Sequence record: NC_070998.1
Length of the DNA: 64,000 nucleotides
Strand: one strand, 5' to 3'
The notes beneath the pieces were generated by a model. It searched no databases, was not told the DNA's origin, and was given only the letters and a program-made list of their open reading frames with translations. Below, piece after piece: positions 15,541 to 25,455 of this stretch; the first letter of the stretch is position 1, and every line of letters begins with the position of its first letter. Position numbers and translations under genes: made by a program.

Positions 15541-15966
15541 ATGAACACTGTAAACACTGAAGCTCTGAAAGCTGCTGTCAATACTTCTTCCATCCTGGGT
15601 CAAATGGACACCGAACAGAACTCCTTCGCTCAGATGGTTGAAGTAAGTAAGAACGAAGCCCTGCTGGGTGAAAACACTAACATCGCAGCCGCAATTGCCG
15701 GCGTCGGTCTGGCCGTTGGTTTGGAGTTGATCTCCACCAATGGTAACAAACTCTCTGCTGCTGTAGCTGGGCTGACTGGCGGTGCGGTAGTATATGCAGC
15801 TAAAGACGCACTGCGTGGTTATCAGTCTACTGGCACTGCCGTAGTGGCTGGTCTTGTTGCTTACAAGCTGTCGGCAATGGCTGGACGTACTGTGTCGAGT
15901 TATTTTCCACAAGTAAATGTAGTGGAGCGTGTTATCGAAGTTCCAGTACAAGGTAATGTGGAGTAA
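15541..15966 (+). CDS. Ala/Gly-rich protein with hydrophobic glycine-zipper-like helices
   Basis: three small-residue-rich hydrophobic segments; own promoter; strongly biased codons (GCT, CTG, ATC). Confidence 0.7.
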   Translation: MNTVNTEALKAAVNTSSILGQMDTEQNSFAQMVEVSKNEALLGENTNIAAAIAGVGLAVGLELISTNGNKLSAAVAGLTGGAVVYAAKDALRGYQSTGTAVVAGLVAYKLSAMAGRTVSSYFPQVNVVERVIEVPVQGNVE

Positions 15967-16086
15967 GCTCCGTTGGGAGCTTACAAATAAACCCCCAGTG
16001 GGTTTATTTTTTGTTTCAAAGATACTATGAACCTTAGGTAGACTTAATAGTTTACCTTACTTTATTTTATTTATAAGGATACGTTT

Positions 16087-16896
16087 ATGACTCAGCTTAT
16101 TGATCCCCGTCAATACTTCCTTGACATCATTGCTAAAAATCGTTTAACCTCAGCTAATCAAGCCGGTGTTCAATTGCAGATTGATATTGCCAAAGCACGT
16201 TATGAAAACCTTGATATCTCTGAAGTTGTATTCACTAACGAACGGTTTGATGAAACTTCTGGTCAATGGAGTGTCGACATCGAATGTAAAGGTCGCGGTT
16301 ACATTATTAGTGATCTTAAGTTCACATCTGGCACTCTTGCACCCATGATTAAGCAGAACGCCGTACAAGCCGTTGAGGAGCTTCTGAAGATCACCACCCC
16401 TGGGTTCTATATTCATAACGATCAACTTTATCTCCTCGCTCCTAAAGAAATGGAAGTTGCAGAGATGTTGGCGTGGACTGGTTACGACATCACCGAAAAA
16501 CACTACGTTGTAGTAGAGAACGAAACTCGTGATGAAGAAACTAAAGCAGATGCTGAGATCCAAGTTTCTTACAGCTTCTTGAAAGGTAAGATTCTTGTTA
16601 CTTATCTGGATGTGGTCCTTTCTGAGCCGGCAGTAGATCTGGAACAAGTGGGTATGAATCACGATGTTGAGAAACTTGAACAAGCTCAACTTGACCATGA
16701 AGAACCTTCTGTTGAAGAACACCAACCAGTAACTGACGAAGTTGTTCAGGACGAAGAAGTCCAGCAAGAACAAACAGTTGCCGAAGAAGAATCAGTTGTT
16801 GAAACTGTGACTGAAGAAGTACATGCTGTACAGGAAGAGGAAGTTAAAACCACTGTTCAGCAAGTACAATATACTCGCAAAAACAAACGTCGCTAA
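16087..16896 (+). CDS. hypothetical protein with acidic low-complexity C-terminus
   Basis: 269 aa; E/V/Q-rich tail ending RKNKRR. Confidence 0.75.
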   Translation: MTQLIDPRQYFLDIIAKNRLTSANQAGVQLQIDIAKARYENLDISEVVFTNERFDETSGQWSVDIECKGRGYIISDLKFTSGTLAPMIKQNAVQAVEELLKITTPGFYIHNDQLYLLAPKEMEVAEMLAWTGYDITEKHYVVVENETRDEETKADAEIQVSYSFLKGKILVTYLDVVLSEPAVDLEQVGMNHDVEKLEQAQLDHEEPSVEEHQPVTDEVVQDEEVQQEQTVAEEESVVETVTEEVHAVQEEEVKTTVQQVQYTRKNKRR

Positions 16897-16907
16897 GACT
16901 ATCTAAT

Positions 16908-16939
16908 AGATCCTCTTAGCCAGACGGCTAAGAGGATCT
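16908..16939 (+). terminator. intrinsic terminator
   Basis: AGATCCTCTTAGCC-AGAC-GGCTAAGAGGATCT then T-rich run. Confidence 0.75.
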
Positions 16940-16982
16940 TTCCTTTTTATAATAACTAACACACGGGACTATTTTCACTATT

Positions 16983-17014
16983 CTATATATTTTCAGACCG
17001 ATATCATTAAAGTG
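16983..17014 (+). promoter_or_regulatory. putative early promoter
   Basis: CTATATATTTTCAGACCGATATCATTAAAGTG. Confidence 0.55.
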
Positions 17015-17059
17015 TTATTGCACGATGGTCTTTTCATTCAAGTATAGTGAGAGTAGAAA

Positions 17060-17722
17060 ATGATTATGATTAATGAGAGAAATATAGTTAACGCTTTGGC
17101 ATTAAGTATAGGTGAAGTTAACTACACTGGTGATGATAGACTCTATATTTACGAAGTCAATCAGGTTCTAAATCGCTATAAAACTAATCTATACAACATG
17201 ATGGATGAAACCAAATCCAATGTTGATCCAGCCACTGTGATACAATTTGTTCTTCGAAGTTCTATAGACATTAGTGGACAAGGGATGATAATCAACCTGG
17301 TAAGAAAGAACCCCACAATGTTAAAGGTTTACGGGACACGCGCATACGGACCAGAGGTTTATGTCGAATATGAACCATTTCAATGCACTATAGATATTAG
17401 TGATAAGTTTCATTCTGAAGCTTTGATGGGTATTAGAAAAGATTTGTTTGCTAGAGAAACAGGAACCGATAAACGCCCGGCGTGGAAAACTTGTCATGAA
17501 TCTATGATTTCCCATCCAGATGTTTTAGAAACTAGAATGTCGGTCAGTTTCCAATTAATCAAATCAGGTCATACGGACGGATGTCTTTCTATTCTTATGT
17601 CTGGAATAATTTATCCTGAAGTTCTTGATAAGGGAAGGGCTAAACTACCCATGCTGTTTGACCATGGTGAGAAGAGTAAACAAAAACAACGCCAACCAAA
17701 CTCTTATTACAAGAACGCATAA
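17060..17722 (+). CDS. hypothetical protein
   Basis: 220-aa ORF after promoter motif. Confidence 0.7.
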   Translation: MIMINERNIVNALALSIGEVNYTGDDRLYIYEVNQVLNRYKTNLYNMMDETKSNVDPATVIQFVLRSSIDISGQGMIINLVRKNPTMLKVYGTRAYGPEVYVEYEPFQCTIDISDKFHSEALMGIRKDLFARETGTDKRPAWKTCHESMISHPDVLETRMSVSFQLIKSGHTDGCLSILMSGIIYPEVLDKGRAKLPMLFDHGEKSKQKQRQPNSYYKNA

Positions 17723-17747
17723 TTATAACAAGAAAAGGGACTCGACT

Positions 17748-18335
17748 ATGAAAAAAGATGTTTCCATGAAAGATACCATAACTGAGCTTAGCACGGATAA
17801 CACTGGTTTTTACGGTGTTCGTTTTGGAGCTTTGGGTGAACCTTACATCACTTTATATAAAGATAGATTTAATCTATTGGGGTTTGATGCGAAGCTTTGT
17901 GCAAAGGTATTTGGATTCATTCATCGTTCAACAGCTATTACTATTGAAATCTCATGTCAAACTTTAAAACTGACTTTCTTTTCAAAGGGATGTGAAATAG
18001 GAAATAGTTTTGCAATTGCTGTTAACGAAACTGACTACACAACACGCAATATGAACCAGTCTGATGCGCTTATTTTTATTAAGAGAGAAATCATATCCAA
18101 CTGCATGGATAAGATCCTCGATCTTCCCTCAAGGCGTCGTAAAGCGTTGTGTGCATTGTTGTCGTTAATCAATGATGAACATGTTACTAAATATAAGATA
18201 GGACATCGTTATAAGCTAGTTAAACATCGCGGTAGATTTAGATTGTTATTTGGAGATACTATCGCTTCTGATGTTAACTGTATAGAAGAGTTAACTAAAG
18301 ATATGTTTGTTCACCATTATCCAGCGCTTGTATAA
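17748..18335 (+). CDS. hypothetical protein
   Basis: start placed at ATG 17748 behind AAGGGA RBS. Confidence 0.65.
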   Translation: MKKDVSMKDTITELSTDNTGFYGVRFGALGEPYITLYKDRFNLLGFDAKLCAKVFGFIHRSTAITIEISCQTLKLTFFSKGCEIGNSFAIAVNETDYTTRNMNQSDALIFIKREIISNCMDKILDLPSRRRKALCALLSLINDEHVTKYKIGHRYKLVKHRGRFRLLFGDTIASDVNCIEELTKDMFVHHYPALV

Positions 18336-18345
18336 AAGAAATAAT

Positions 18346-18375
18346 CCCTCTACTATCCCTAGGGATAGTAGAGGG
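18346..18375. terminator. perfect 30-bp palindrome, likely bidirectional terminator
   Basis: CCCTCTACTATCCCT|AGGGATAGTAGAGGG between convergent genes. Confidence 0.75.
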
Positions 18376-18384
18376 TAAAATACT

Positions 18385-19020
18385 TTAAGGATTTGTTTGA
18401 CCGGTAATAGTTGCTTCTAACTCTTCAATATAGGTTTGAAGCTCACTAATAGTTTTATTAGCTTCTGCTAGTTTAACAGTGTCGCTAGGCTCCTCAGTGA
18501 TCTGTAATTGACGAGAACGTTCCCAGCTATCAGCAGTTTCTTTACTAACGTATCCGCGAGTTGGAATAGTCCCTAAAGTCGTATTAGGGTCGTTAATTCC
18601 TACACACTCCTTAATATAGTTATTGATATGTTCAATAGCGACATTAATTCGATCTTTCATAGAAGGAGGACAAGCACCCAAGCTTACAATCAAAGCCAGG
18701 TTCTCGTAAATAACCCCATCTAAAAGAGGGATACTTTTCAGAAAAGTGGAAAGAACGTATACCGGCCCTCTCCCTCTACTAGTTAAAGAAACTACGACCG
18801 CTTTATTGTCAATAGCAGTTTGGATCTCTTGCTGTGCTTGTTCAGTTGTGTATCCGACTGGTTGAAACACAGTGGTGAAAAGATCTATCTTCAATGCCTG
18901 CATCTCAGGAAGAGTTCTGATAGCTTCTACCGTGTAAAAAACTTCTGGATTAACAACTTTATCATAAGGGACATCAGCAACAAATTTACCGGCCGAACGG
19001 ATAGATGGAATATTATTCAT
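18385..19020 (-). CDS. putative virion structural protein
   Basis: 211 aa, coupled to upstream 444-aa gene; position matches conserved phiKZ-like virion block (recalled synteny). Confidence 0.5.
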   Translation of the reverse strand: MNNIPSIRSAGKFVADVPYDKVVNPEVFYTVEAIRTLPEMQALKIDLFTTVFQPVGYTTEQAQQEIQTAIDNKAVVVSLTSRGRGPVYVLSTFLKSIPLLDGVIYENLALIVSLGACPPSMKDRINVAIEHINNYIKECVGINDPNTTLGTIPTRGYVSKETADSWERSRQLQITEEPSDTVKLAEANKTISELQTYIEELEATITGQTNP

Positions 19021-20347
19021 CGATCAACCCATCCTGTACAAATTGGTATCGTGAGATCATAGTCAATTTAACCTTACTGGAACGTTTGCTCAAGTAAAGA
19101 CGGTTGTTTTTGATAACACGCTGAATGCCTTGTGGAGGGAGTGTGTTAGGGGTAACTACTTCGCCAGCCACTAACAAAGCTTCCAGGTCTTTAATAAGTA
19201 AAGAGGTTTCTTTACTCATCATCCCAGCTTGAGAATCAGAACTTGGAATGAGCTGATAATCAGAGAAGATGTTGGTCAGAAGGATCCGTCCATCGCTATT
19301 AGTAGGTTTCCCCACCACACCCAATTTAGCTGATTTATACAAATGCGGTACGATTTGTAGCGATTTTATGATGTCACTCTGAGGATAAAAGTCGGCGTAC
19401 TTCTTCGGGAGCACATCTCCGCCTTGGTAGGTGAATATAGGGCTGTAGGTGGATCCAAGTACAGTTTCATTAATCAAACCCAATTCGTTCCAATACGGGA
19501 CCACGACAAACTCAAGCGGATTGAACAGATCTGGAATAATTTCTTCCCATTTAGTTTCAGGGTACGTGGAGTTAGCTAGAATTTGTTTACGAATCTCTTC
19601 GTAAGTTTCTTCTTCTGCGTCGTTAGGATTCCCGTAGTAAATCACTGTCCAGTACGCTGTGTTCTTTTGCGGTTTGTTGATTAGGTCATAGACATCAAAA
19701 GGAAGTACAATACGGCGAGTATAAGGATCTTGATTCCCAACCAAATCGTACACACGTTGCTCGATCTTGTCGGTGGTTTCTTCTGCTAAGCGATTTTGCA
19801 CTTCTTTGTAGTTGTGCTCACCAAAGTAGTCGATACCGCCAATTGGGAGGGGATGAATTACGTAGATTTCTCGGTACGGGAATTCGCTTTCAAAACTACT
19901 ATTTGCAAACCAGATTTTAAACTCATGTATCACACCACCTACTTCGTAAGTGAAACTGATACTCGAGGGTAACCAGATGGCGTTATTAGTTACCATCTTA
20001 GCCACTTCTTTCCACACCCAACCCTGAGTATAGTTCGTTTGTAGAGCCTGCAAACACGCTTGTGAGTTTTCAGACAAGTTTCCTTTCTTGGCTTCTTCAT
20101 AAAGCCAGTTGATCATTGTCAACACAGGGGTAGCGTGAGTGCTAGGAATTTTCTCATAACGAAGATCTGGATTTACTTGGTTGACACCTCGGAAACCTAC
20201 CAGTTGACAAGGTTGATTATTCAAGTAGTAGTAATCAGGAGACTTGGCATAGGTTTTGGTCTCGTTGGTCAACTCTCCAAGTGGGGAGGTTGAACCATTG
20301 AGTACCAGTTCAGTAATAGTGGTAAAGCAGCTAAAAAGAGTTGACAT
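19013..20347 (-). CDS. putative virion structural protein
   Basis: 444 aa; position next to RNase H-like gene as in phiKZ-like genomes (recalled synteny). Confidence 0.5.
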   Translation of the reverse strand: MSTLFSCFTTITELVLNGSTSPLGELTNETKTYAKSPDYYYLNNQPCQLVGFRGVNQVNPDLRYEKIPSTHATPVLTMINWLYEEAKKGNLSENSQACLQALQTNYTQGWVWKEVAKMVTNNAIWLPSSISFTYEVGGVIHEFKIWFANSSFESEFPYREIYVIHPLPIGGIDYFGEHNYKEVQNRLAEETTDKIEQRVYDLVGNQDPYTRRIVLPFDVYDLINKPQKNTAYWTVIYYGNPNDAEEETYEEIRKQILANSTYPETKWEEIIPDLFNPLEFVVVPYWNELGLINETVLGSTYSPIFTYQGGDVLPKKYADFYPQSDIIKSLQIVPHLYKSAKLGVVGKPTNSDGRILLTNIFSDYQLIPSSDSQAGMMSKETSLLIKDLEALLVAGEVVTPNTLPPQGIQRVIKNNRLYLSKRSSKVKLTMISRYQFVQDGLIDE

Positions 20348-20396
20348 AGTTGACCTTTAAGCGTATAATGTTGGTAGTTAATAAAAATGGTGGGCA

Positions 20397-20825
20397 GTGG
20401 CGATGCTGATTATATTGCGAGCCCTGGTTAATCGCTGGATTGACCATTTGATGCACGGGACAACGGGTGAAGTCTCTTTAAAACGATTGCGTCAATTGTT
20501 ACTGCGTTCAATTGTCATTGCGATAAGTGCAATCACCTTTAGTATAGGATTGACGGTACGATCTCTCATTTGGTACTTGGATTCTAGAACAATGGAACAG
20601 TCGATCAGGAAGATTGACGTACATCTTGTTCAACAACAAGAGAACATCAATGACCTGTTTCGTATTAACAGCGAACAACACAAAGCAAGTGTCAGACTTA
20701 CGTCTGAGAACATTGAGTTGAAAAACGATGTGTTCACACTGCTTAGTAAAAACAAGCAACTCAACCAAGAAGTAAAAAAGCTAAGGGAAGAGTTAAATGG
20801 ACAAACCAAAACTCAAGAGAGGTGA
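20397..20825 (+). CDS. single-pass membrane protein with C-terminal coiled coil
   Basis: TM segment SIVIAISAITFSIGLTV then heptad-rich region. Confidence 0.6.
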   Translation: MAMLIILRALVNRWIDHLMHGTTGEVSLKRLRQLLLRSIVIAISAITFSIGLTVRSLIWYLDSRTMEQSIRKIDVHLVQQQENINDLFRINSEQHKASVRLTSENIELKNDVFTLLSKNKQLNQEVKKLREELNGQTKTQER

Positions 20826-20882
20826 ATTAAGACTACACTTGCCATCAGTTGTCTAAAAGCAAACCAACGTACAGGGAACATT

Positions 20883-22307
20883 ATGAATATCGTTTATTAT
20901 CTTGTCAGCTCGTTAATAAAAGATAAAAACGTAGCACTCTCTGGTGGTCACGGTTATACCTACGATCAAACTAAAGAGAGCAACCGCAAGCTGATAAAAG
21001 ACACTCCATCCGGGTATGGTTACTTTGTGAATGGGAGTTATCAAAGTATCCCCGTTGAACAAGTAATGATTTTGAATGGGCGTGGTCTTCGTCAGGAGAC
21101 TGATGTAGATGCATTCTTGGCTCATTTGATTTATCTACTGGAATATGTGGAACAAGAGAGCGTCGAGAAAGTCTTGATCATTCACAATAGTGTTAATGGT
21201 CAGAAACTCTTGGAAAATAATAAAGTATCTGAAAAGTTTGCTGATAATAACTATGTAAAGAGAGCGCGGGAACTTTACGGCAAACTTAAAGATAAGATTA
21301 TCTTTGACCTTGAGTATTACGCCAAAGGTGGGGAGGGTCCGAAGCAAGCTCACAAACAGATGGAACTTGCCCAAGCAATGTTAGAACTACCCATTGGGGA
21401 ACCAGTGAGCATTGATATTGTCACTGTAAAAGAATATAAGAATCCTGAGAACGATTTTAATAAGATCGTTACAGCGTCCCGCTGGTTCTTTAATACTGGT
21501 GACAAGTCTGAGTTTTATAACATTGATGAGAACGGTTATCGTCGGTACGAGTTTGGTAGGATTGATCCCCAGAAAGCGTACTATGGTAAGGCTACGCCTG
21601 ATGTCTTTTATTCAGCACTCTTTACCAAAACTCCAATTGTTATTTTGGATAAGTTATACGATTTCTGTAAAGCAGTTAAACCTAATCCGTTGAATCTGTT
21701 AGCAGCCGCCGATATCGCGATGGTTAAGTCCAAGGAGATAGCTCGAGTAATCGACACCATCCCTGGAACATTGACTAAGAACGATCTGAAAGCATCTATG
21801 AGCGTTGCTGGTGTTACAGATCCCGTATTAGTTAACTTTATTGACCCCCCTGGCTTGAGTTATCGGATTAAAGATTTCCAATATAAGTTGAAAATGCTTC
21901 ATTCGTACTTTATGCGCAGGGATGAAAACAACCAATTCCAAAAACAACATTTCTTGGATATCACTGATAAGTTTTTTGAACAAGATACTAAAGGTAAATG
22001 GAAGATCCATTCTGACTTTACTAATAACACCTTGACCATACCTATCATGATTGACGCACCAGGATGTGTGAAACAAGTTAAGATCAACTTGGGTATTCGT
22101 TACGACATTCCAGAACGTAGCGCTTTAAACACTATTATCAATAATAAGATAACGGATTTCAAAGTGTGGATTGGATTGGACTTTAACGATGATGCGGGTG
22201 TGATGTATTACACTGTGATTCAAACACCTGATTTCAACTTGGTTCATTGTAATTCTTGCGCTTCTCTTCGAGTGTATAGCTTGAAAGAATTGGGAAAGGC
22301 TAAATAA
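20883..22307 (+). CDS. RNase H-like protein (phiKZ gp155-type), catalytic residues apparently degenerate
   Basis: GGHGYTY N-terminal motif, size and synteny with UvsX block; canonical acidic residues not seen. Confidence 0.55.
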   Translation: MNIVYYLVSSLIKDKNVALSGGHGYTYDQTKESNRKLIKDTPSGYGYFVNGSYQSIPVEQVMILNGRGLRQETDVDAFLAHLIYLLEYVEQESVEKVLIIHNSVNGQKLLENNKVSEKFADNNYVKRARELYGKLKDKIIFDLEYYAKGGEGPKQAHKQMELAQAMLELPIGEPVSIDIVTVKEYKNPENDFNKIVTASRWFFNTGDKSEFYNIDENGYRRYEFGRIDPQKAYYGKATPDVFYSALFTKTPIVILDKLYDFCKAVKPNPLNLLAAADIAMVKSKEIARVIDTIPGTLTKNDLKASMSVAGVTDPVLVNFIDPPGLSYRIKDFQYKLKMLHSYFMRRDENNQFQKQHFLDITDKFFEQDTKGKWKIHSDFTNNTLTIPIMIDAPGCVKQVKINLGIRYDIPERSALNTIINNKITDFKVWIGLDFNDDAGVMYYTVIQTPDFNLVHCNSCASLRVYSLKELGKAK

Positions 22308-22320
22308 CAATATTGAATAT

Positions 22321-22351
22321 AACCCCTACTCTCCATTGGAGAGTAGGGGTT
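22321..22351. terminator. bidirectional terminator-like palindrome
   Basis: AACCCCTACTCTCCA-T-TGGAGAGTAGGGGTT between convergent genes. Confidence 0.75.
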
Positions 22352-22374
22352 TACTTTATGCTTTATTTTTATTT

Positions 22375-23307
22375 TTACTGCGCCATGACAGTATCGAATA
22401 CACTCTGATCTTCGCTCAATACAGCCAATGAAACACTATTAAAGATCTCTGCAATCTTACCGATGGTTTTGTTGCAGGACTTAATACAGTTAGCAGTGTG
22501 ACTAGAAAGGTTAGCCAAGTAGTTAGTTACTTTCTTGGAGTAACGATGATCTTGTTCGTTTTCGGCTTTACTTTCTGCAAGTTTCTTGGTCTGTTCGTTA
22601 GACTTCTCAAGAGCTGGTGTAATTTTAGCTTGGAGAGATTTGAAAGCGGAACGCAGTTCAGCAATCTTAGCGCACAGAGTCGCTGCTTCGGTCAAAGACT
22701 TAACATCCGCTTCTACTTTCTTCCCAACCAGTTTACCCATATCCTGATAAAGAGTATTGATCTTACTAAGATCAGAAGTGAGATCAGGGAATTCTGCTTT
22801 GACCTTTTCTGCGGTGGCTTTGATGTCTTTCATCAAAGAGTCTTTATCAATCAAATAGATATCGTTCATCTTACGAAGACCGACTGTATGAACAACTGTC
22901 TCAGGATCAAGTTTAGCAATGTGAGTTTTCAGTTTAGCTTCTGCTTCCTCACGTTCTTCTGGGGACATTGCAGCCAGAGCTTTATTAACCTTACCAGGGA
23001 GTTCATTAGCTGCTTTTACAGTTTTAGCTACCTGCTGATCTTGCTTGGCACCAGCAGCACCAAAGAAGAACTCTTTGACGGACTTAAGCCAGGATTTAAT
23101 CATCTCGTAGAACTTAACAGCACCATCCTTGATGGTCTGAACGAAACCTTCATTACCAGCGTACTGATTAAAGGAAACGCCGTTCAAAGACAAGCAGGTA
23201 CGAGTATAAACTGCGTCACTATCTTTAGCGCTGATATCATTATCGAGTGATTCAAAACCAGCCAGCAGACTTTGGAAATGTTCTACATCAGAAACAAACA
23301 CGTTCAT
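22375..23307 (-). CDS. inner head / ejection protein (phiKZ paralog-family type)
   Basis: propeptide with AGFES and AGNEG sites followed by F..TIKDG..KFYEMIK.WL amphipathic helix; helical Lys/Ala-rich body. Confidence 0.65.
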   Translation of the reverse strand: MNVFVSDVEHFQSLLAGFESLDNDISAKDSDAVYTRTCLSLNGVSFNQYAGNEGFVQTIKDGAVKFYEMIKSWLKSVKEFFFGAAGAKQDQQVAKTVKAANELPGKVNKALAAMSPEEREEAEAKLKTHIAKLDPETVVHTVGLRKMNDIYLIDKDSLMKDIKATAEKVKAEFPDLTSDLSKINTLYQDMGKLVGKKVEADVKSLTEAATLCAKIAELRSAFKSLQAKITPALEKSNEQTKKLAESKAENEQDHRYSKKVTNYLANLSSHTANCIKSCNKTIGKIAEIFNSVSLAVLSEDQSVFDTVMAQ

Positions 23308-23319
23308 AAATACAGTCCT

Positions 23320-25311
23320 TTAAAATACATCAGAAATAGAAGTGCGGATAAGAGAAATACTCGGAACAGCTTCCACAACATCCAATGGAATATCTAACAA
23401 AGGATTTGTTGTAGGAATGTCCCAAATATATTCACCAGATTCCATCCCACCAATGGCAGTTGTATTGACACCAAGTTCAGCAACACCAGGGATTTTACCA
23501 CCACCTAACAACTGTTCTACTTGTTCTCTAGACCATTCTAGAATATCAATAGACCTACTAGTGATATTCTCTTCCTCACCAGTATCGAGGTCAATTAGAT
23601 AAACGTAACACTTCTCATCTTGACCTCTACGGTGAACGCGGGCGATGGTCTGCGTTAATTCGTATGATCTAAATGGAGAGTTCATCAGAATGATCTGGTT
23701 GGCCATTAGCATTGGTTTACCTTCACGTAAAGTTTGGAAGGTGGTAATCAATGGATTGGTATCAGGGTCGTCAGCTAACTGGGAAATCACTTTGTCAATT
23801 TCTGTACTATTGTTACCGTAAACAGAAACGGACTTTAAACCAACTTCTTTAAAGTAATCTTCCAACTCTTTGATAACTTCTACATAAGAAGTGTAAACAA
23901 GAGTCTTCTTCTTAACACTATCAATCAACTTAGGAAGGTTAGCGTGACGGATTGTCTCTTTGATGGCATTCATTCTAGCTTTACCTAGAACGTTACCAAG
24001 AGCTTCGCCTCTAATCTTCAATCCAACGTATTTAACAGCCGACTTAATGTGTCTAAAGTAATGAAGATCCTCGCCTTTCAGATAAGACTCAATTTCCTTT
24101 TCAACATTTGCACAGAACTTAGACTTGTCAGAATCAGTAAAGTTGTTATATCCATTCTTCTGGAAGTAATTAACATATTGGATGTACTGAGCAATTCTAG
24201 CTTGTGTAGTTTGATCACTCCAACGACGTTCTTTAAAGTCGTTCACATAGATCAACCAATCTTCTTTATACACATCCATACGTTCTTTATAGAACTTTAC
24301 TCGATCCGTGATATAAGTCAACATATCGTTTCGAATATTGTTCAAAGTAAACGCTTCAGCACCGGGGAACAAAACCTTAATCACTTCAGGTTCAGGAGGA
24401 GCTTCCATGGTAGTGATGGCAGGTATGGTGTATTTAATTCTACCTAGTCGATGAGCCAACATTTCATTAAGGAATGTGTTATCTCTTCCGTACATCTTAA
24501 GGAAGTTATCTCTTACTTGTTTATCAAAGAACTTATCGATAACGACAAACAGAGCAAAGGTTTCTTTACCTTGTGCTTTGATAGGAGTTCCAGACATAAA
24601 CAAGACATCTGAGATATAAGGATGAGAACAGAATTCAATAAGCCCTTTAGTTTGCTGAGAACTATGTTCGTTATAGTTATGACATTCGTCAACAATTACT
24701 TTAGCTGGGAGTTGACCATTTTTAGTAATCGTTTTGATAGCAAGTTCCCAGCTCTCAGTTCGAATTGGTTCTTTATGGATAATAAAGATTTCTGCATCAA
24801 CATGATCAAGGATGTTGGTTCCATCTAAGGATGTCCAAACTTTGGGAGGTTTCTTGTAAACGTTGTTGATCTCATTGACCCACGGTGAATAAACCAATCC
24901 CTTTGGAACTACTATGAATAGTTTACCTTTAGAGATCATTTTACTCCAAACAAGTGAGCAAAATGACTTCCCAGAACCAGTAGCTGCATCTAGCAAACAC
25001 CCACGCAATTGGAATCCGTACTTGATACGACTATAATCAGTTAGGAAATCATATTGATCTGGAAATGGTTTTAATGTGAACTCTTTAAGGGCTTCGTCAA
25101 CAGGATAACTTGGGAATGTTTGGTAAGTGGTTTCCAGCCATGTTTTGGTTTTGACTTCATCGTATAATTGCTTGTACTTGTGGATACCCACGTAATAGCG
25201 ATCAACTGTACGTTTATTTTTCTGGTTAGTAAGGTGGTCTAGAATCCATGCGAATTCCACCATAAAGAATTTATGGATTTTAAACGACCTTGCATTTAAT
25301 CTAGTAATCAA
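23320..25311 (-). CDS. SF2 (SNF2/DEAD-like) helicase
   Basis: ATGSGKS Walker A, DECH, MSGTP, QTIARVHRRGQ. Confidence 0.9.
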   Translation of the reverse strand: MITRLNARSFKIHKFFMVEFAWILDHLTNQKNKRTVDRYYVGIHKYKQLYDEVKTKTWLETTYQTFPSYPVDEALKEFTLKPFPDQYDFLTDYSRIKYGFQLRGCLLDAATGSGKSFCSLVWSKMISKGKLFIVVPKGLVYSPWVNEINNVYKKPPKVWTSLDGTNILDHVDAEIFIIHKEPIRTESWELAIKTITKNGQLPAKVIVDECHNYNEHSSQQTKGLIEFCSHPYISDVLFMSGTPIKAQGKETFALFVVIDKFFDKQVRDNFLKMYGRDNTFLNEMLAHRLGRIKYTIPAITTMEAPPEPEVIKVLFPGAEAFTLNNIRNDMLTYITDRVKFYKERMDVYKEDWLIYVNDFKERRWSDQTTQARIAQYIQYVNYFQKNGYNNFTDSDKSKFCANVEKEIESYLKGEDLHYFRHIKSAVKYVGLKIRGEALGNVLGKARMNAIKETIRHANLPKLIDSVKKKTLVYTSYVEVIKELEDYFKEVGLKSVSVYGNNSTEIDKVISQLADDPDTNPLITTFQTLREGKPMLMANQIILMNSPFRSYELTQTIARVHRRGQDEKCYVYLIDLDTGEEENITSRSIDILEWSREQVEQLLGGGKIPGVAELGVNTTAIGGMESGEYIWDIPTTNPLLDIPLDVVEAVPSISLIRTSISDVF

Positions 25312-25455
25312 TCTAGAAAAGATAACTGAGGTACCAAAGTTATTTTTAAGTCAAGTTCTAAGGACTTTAAACTAATACCCTGTACTACATAGTACGAACC
25401 GACACTTTCAACCTTTGGACTTAGTGTAAAGTATCCAGATAACATATAGGACCTT

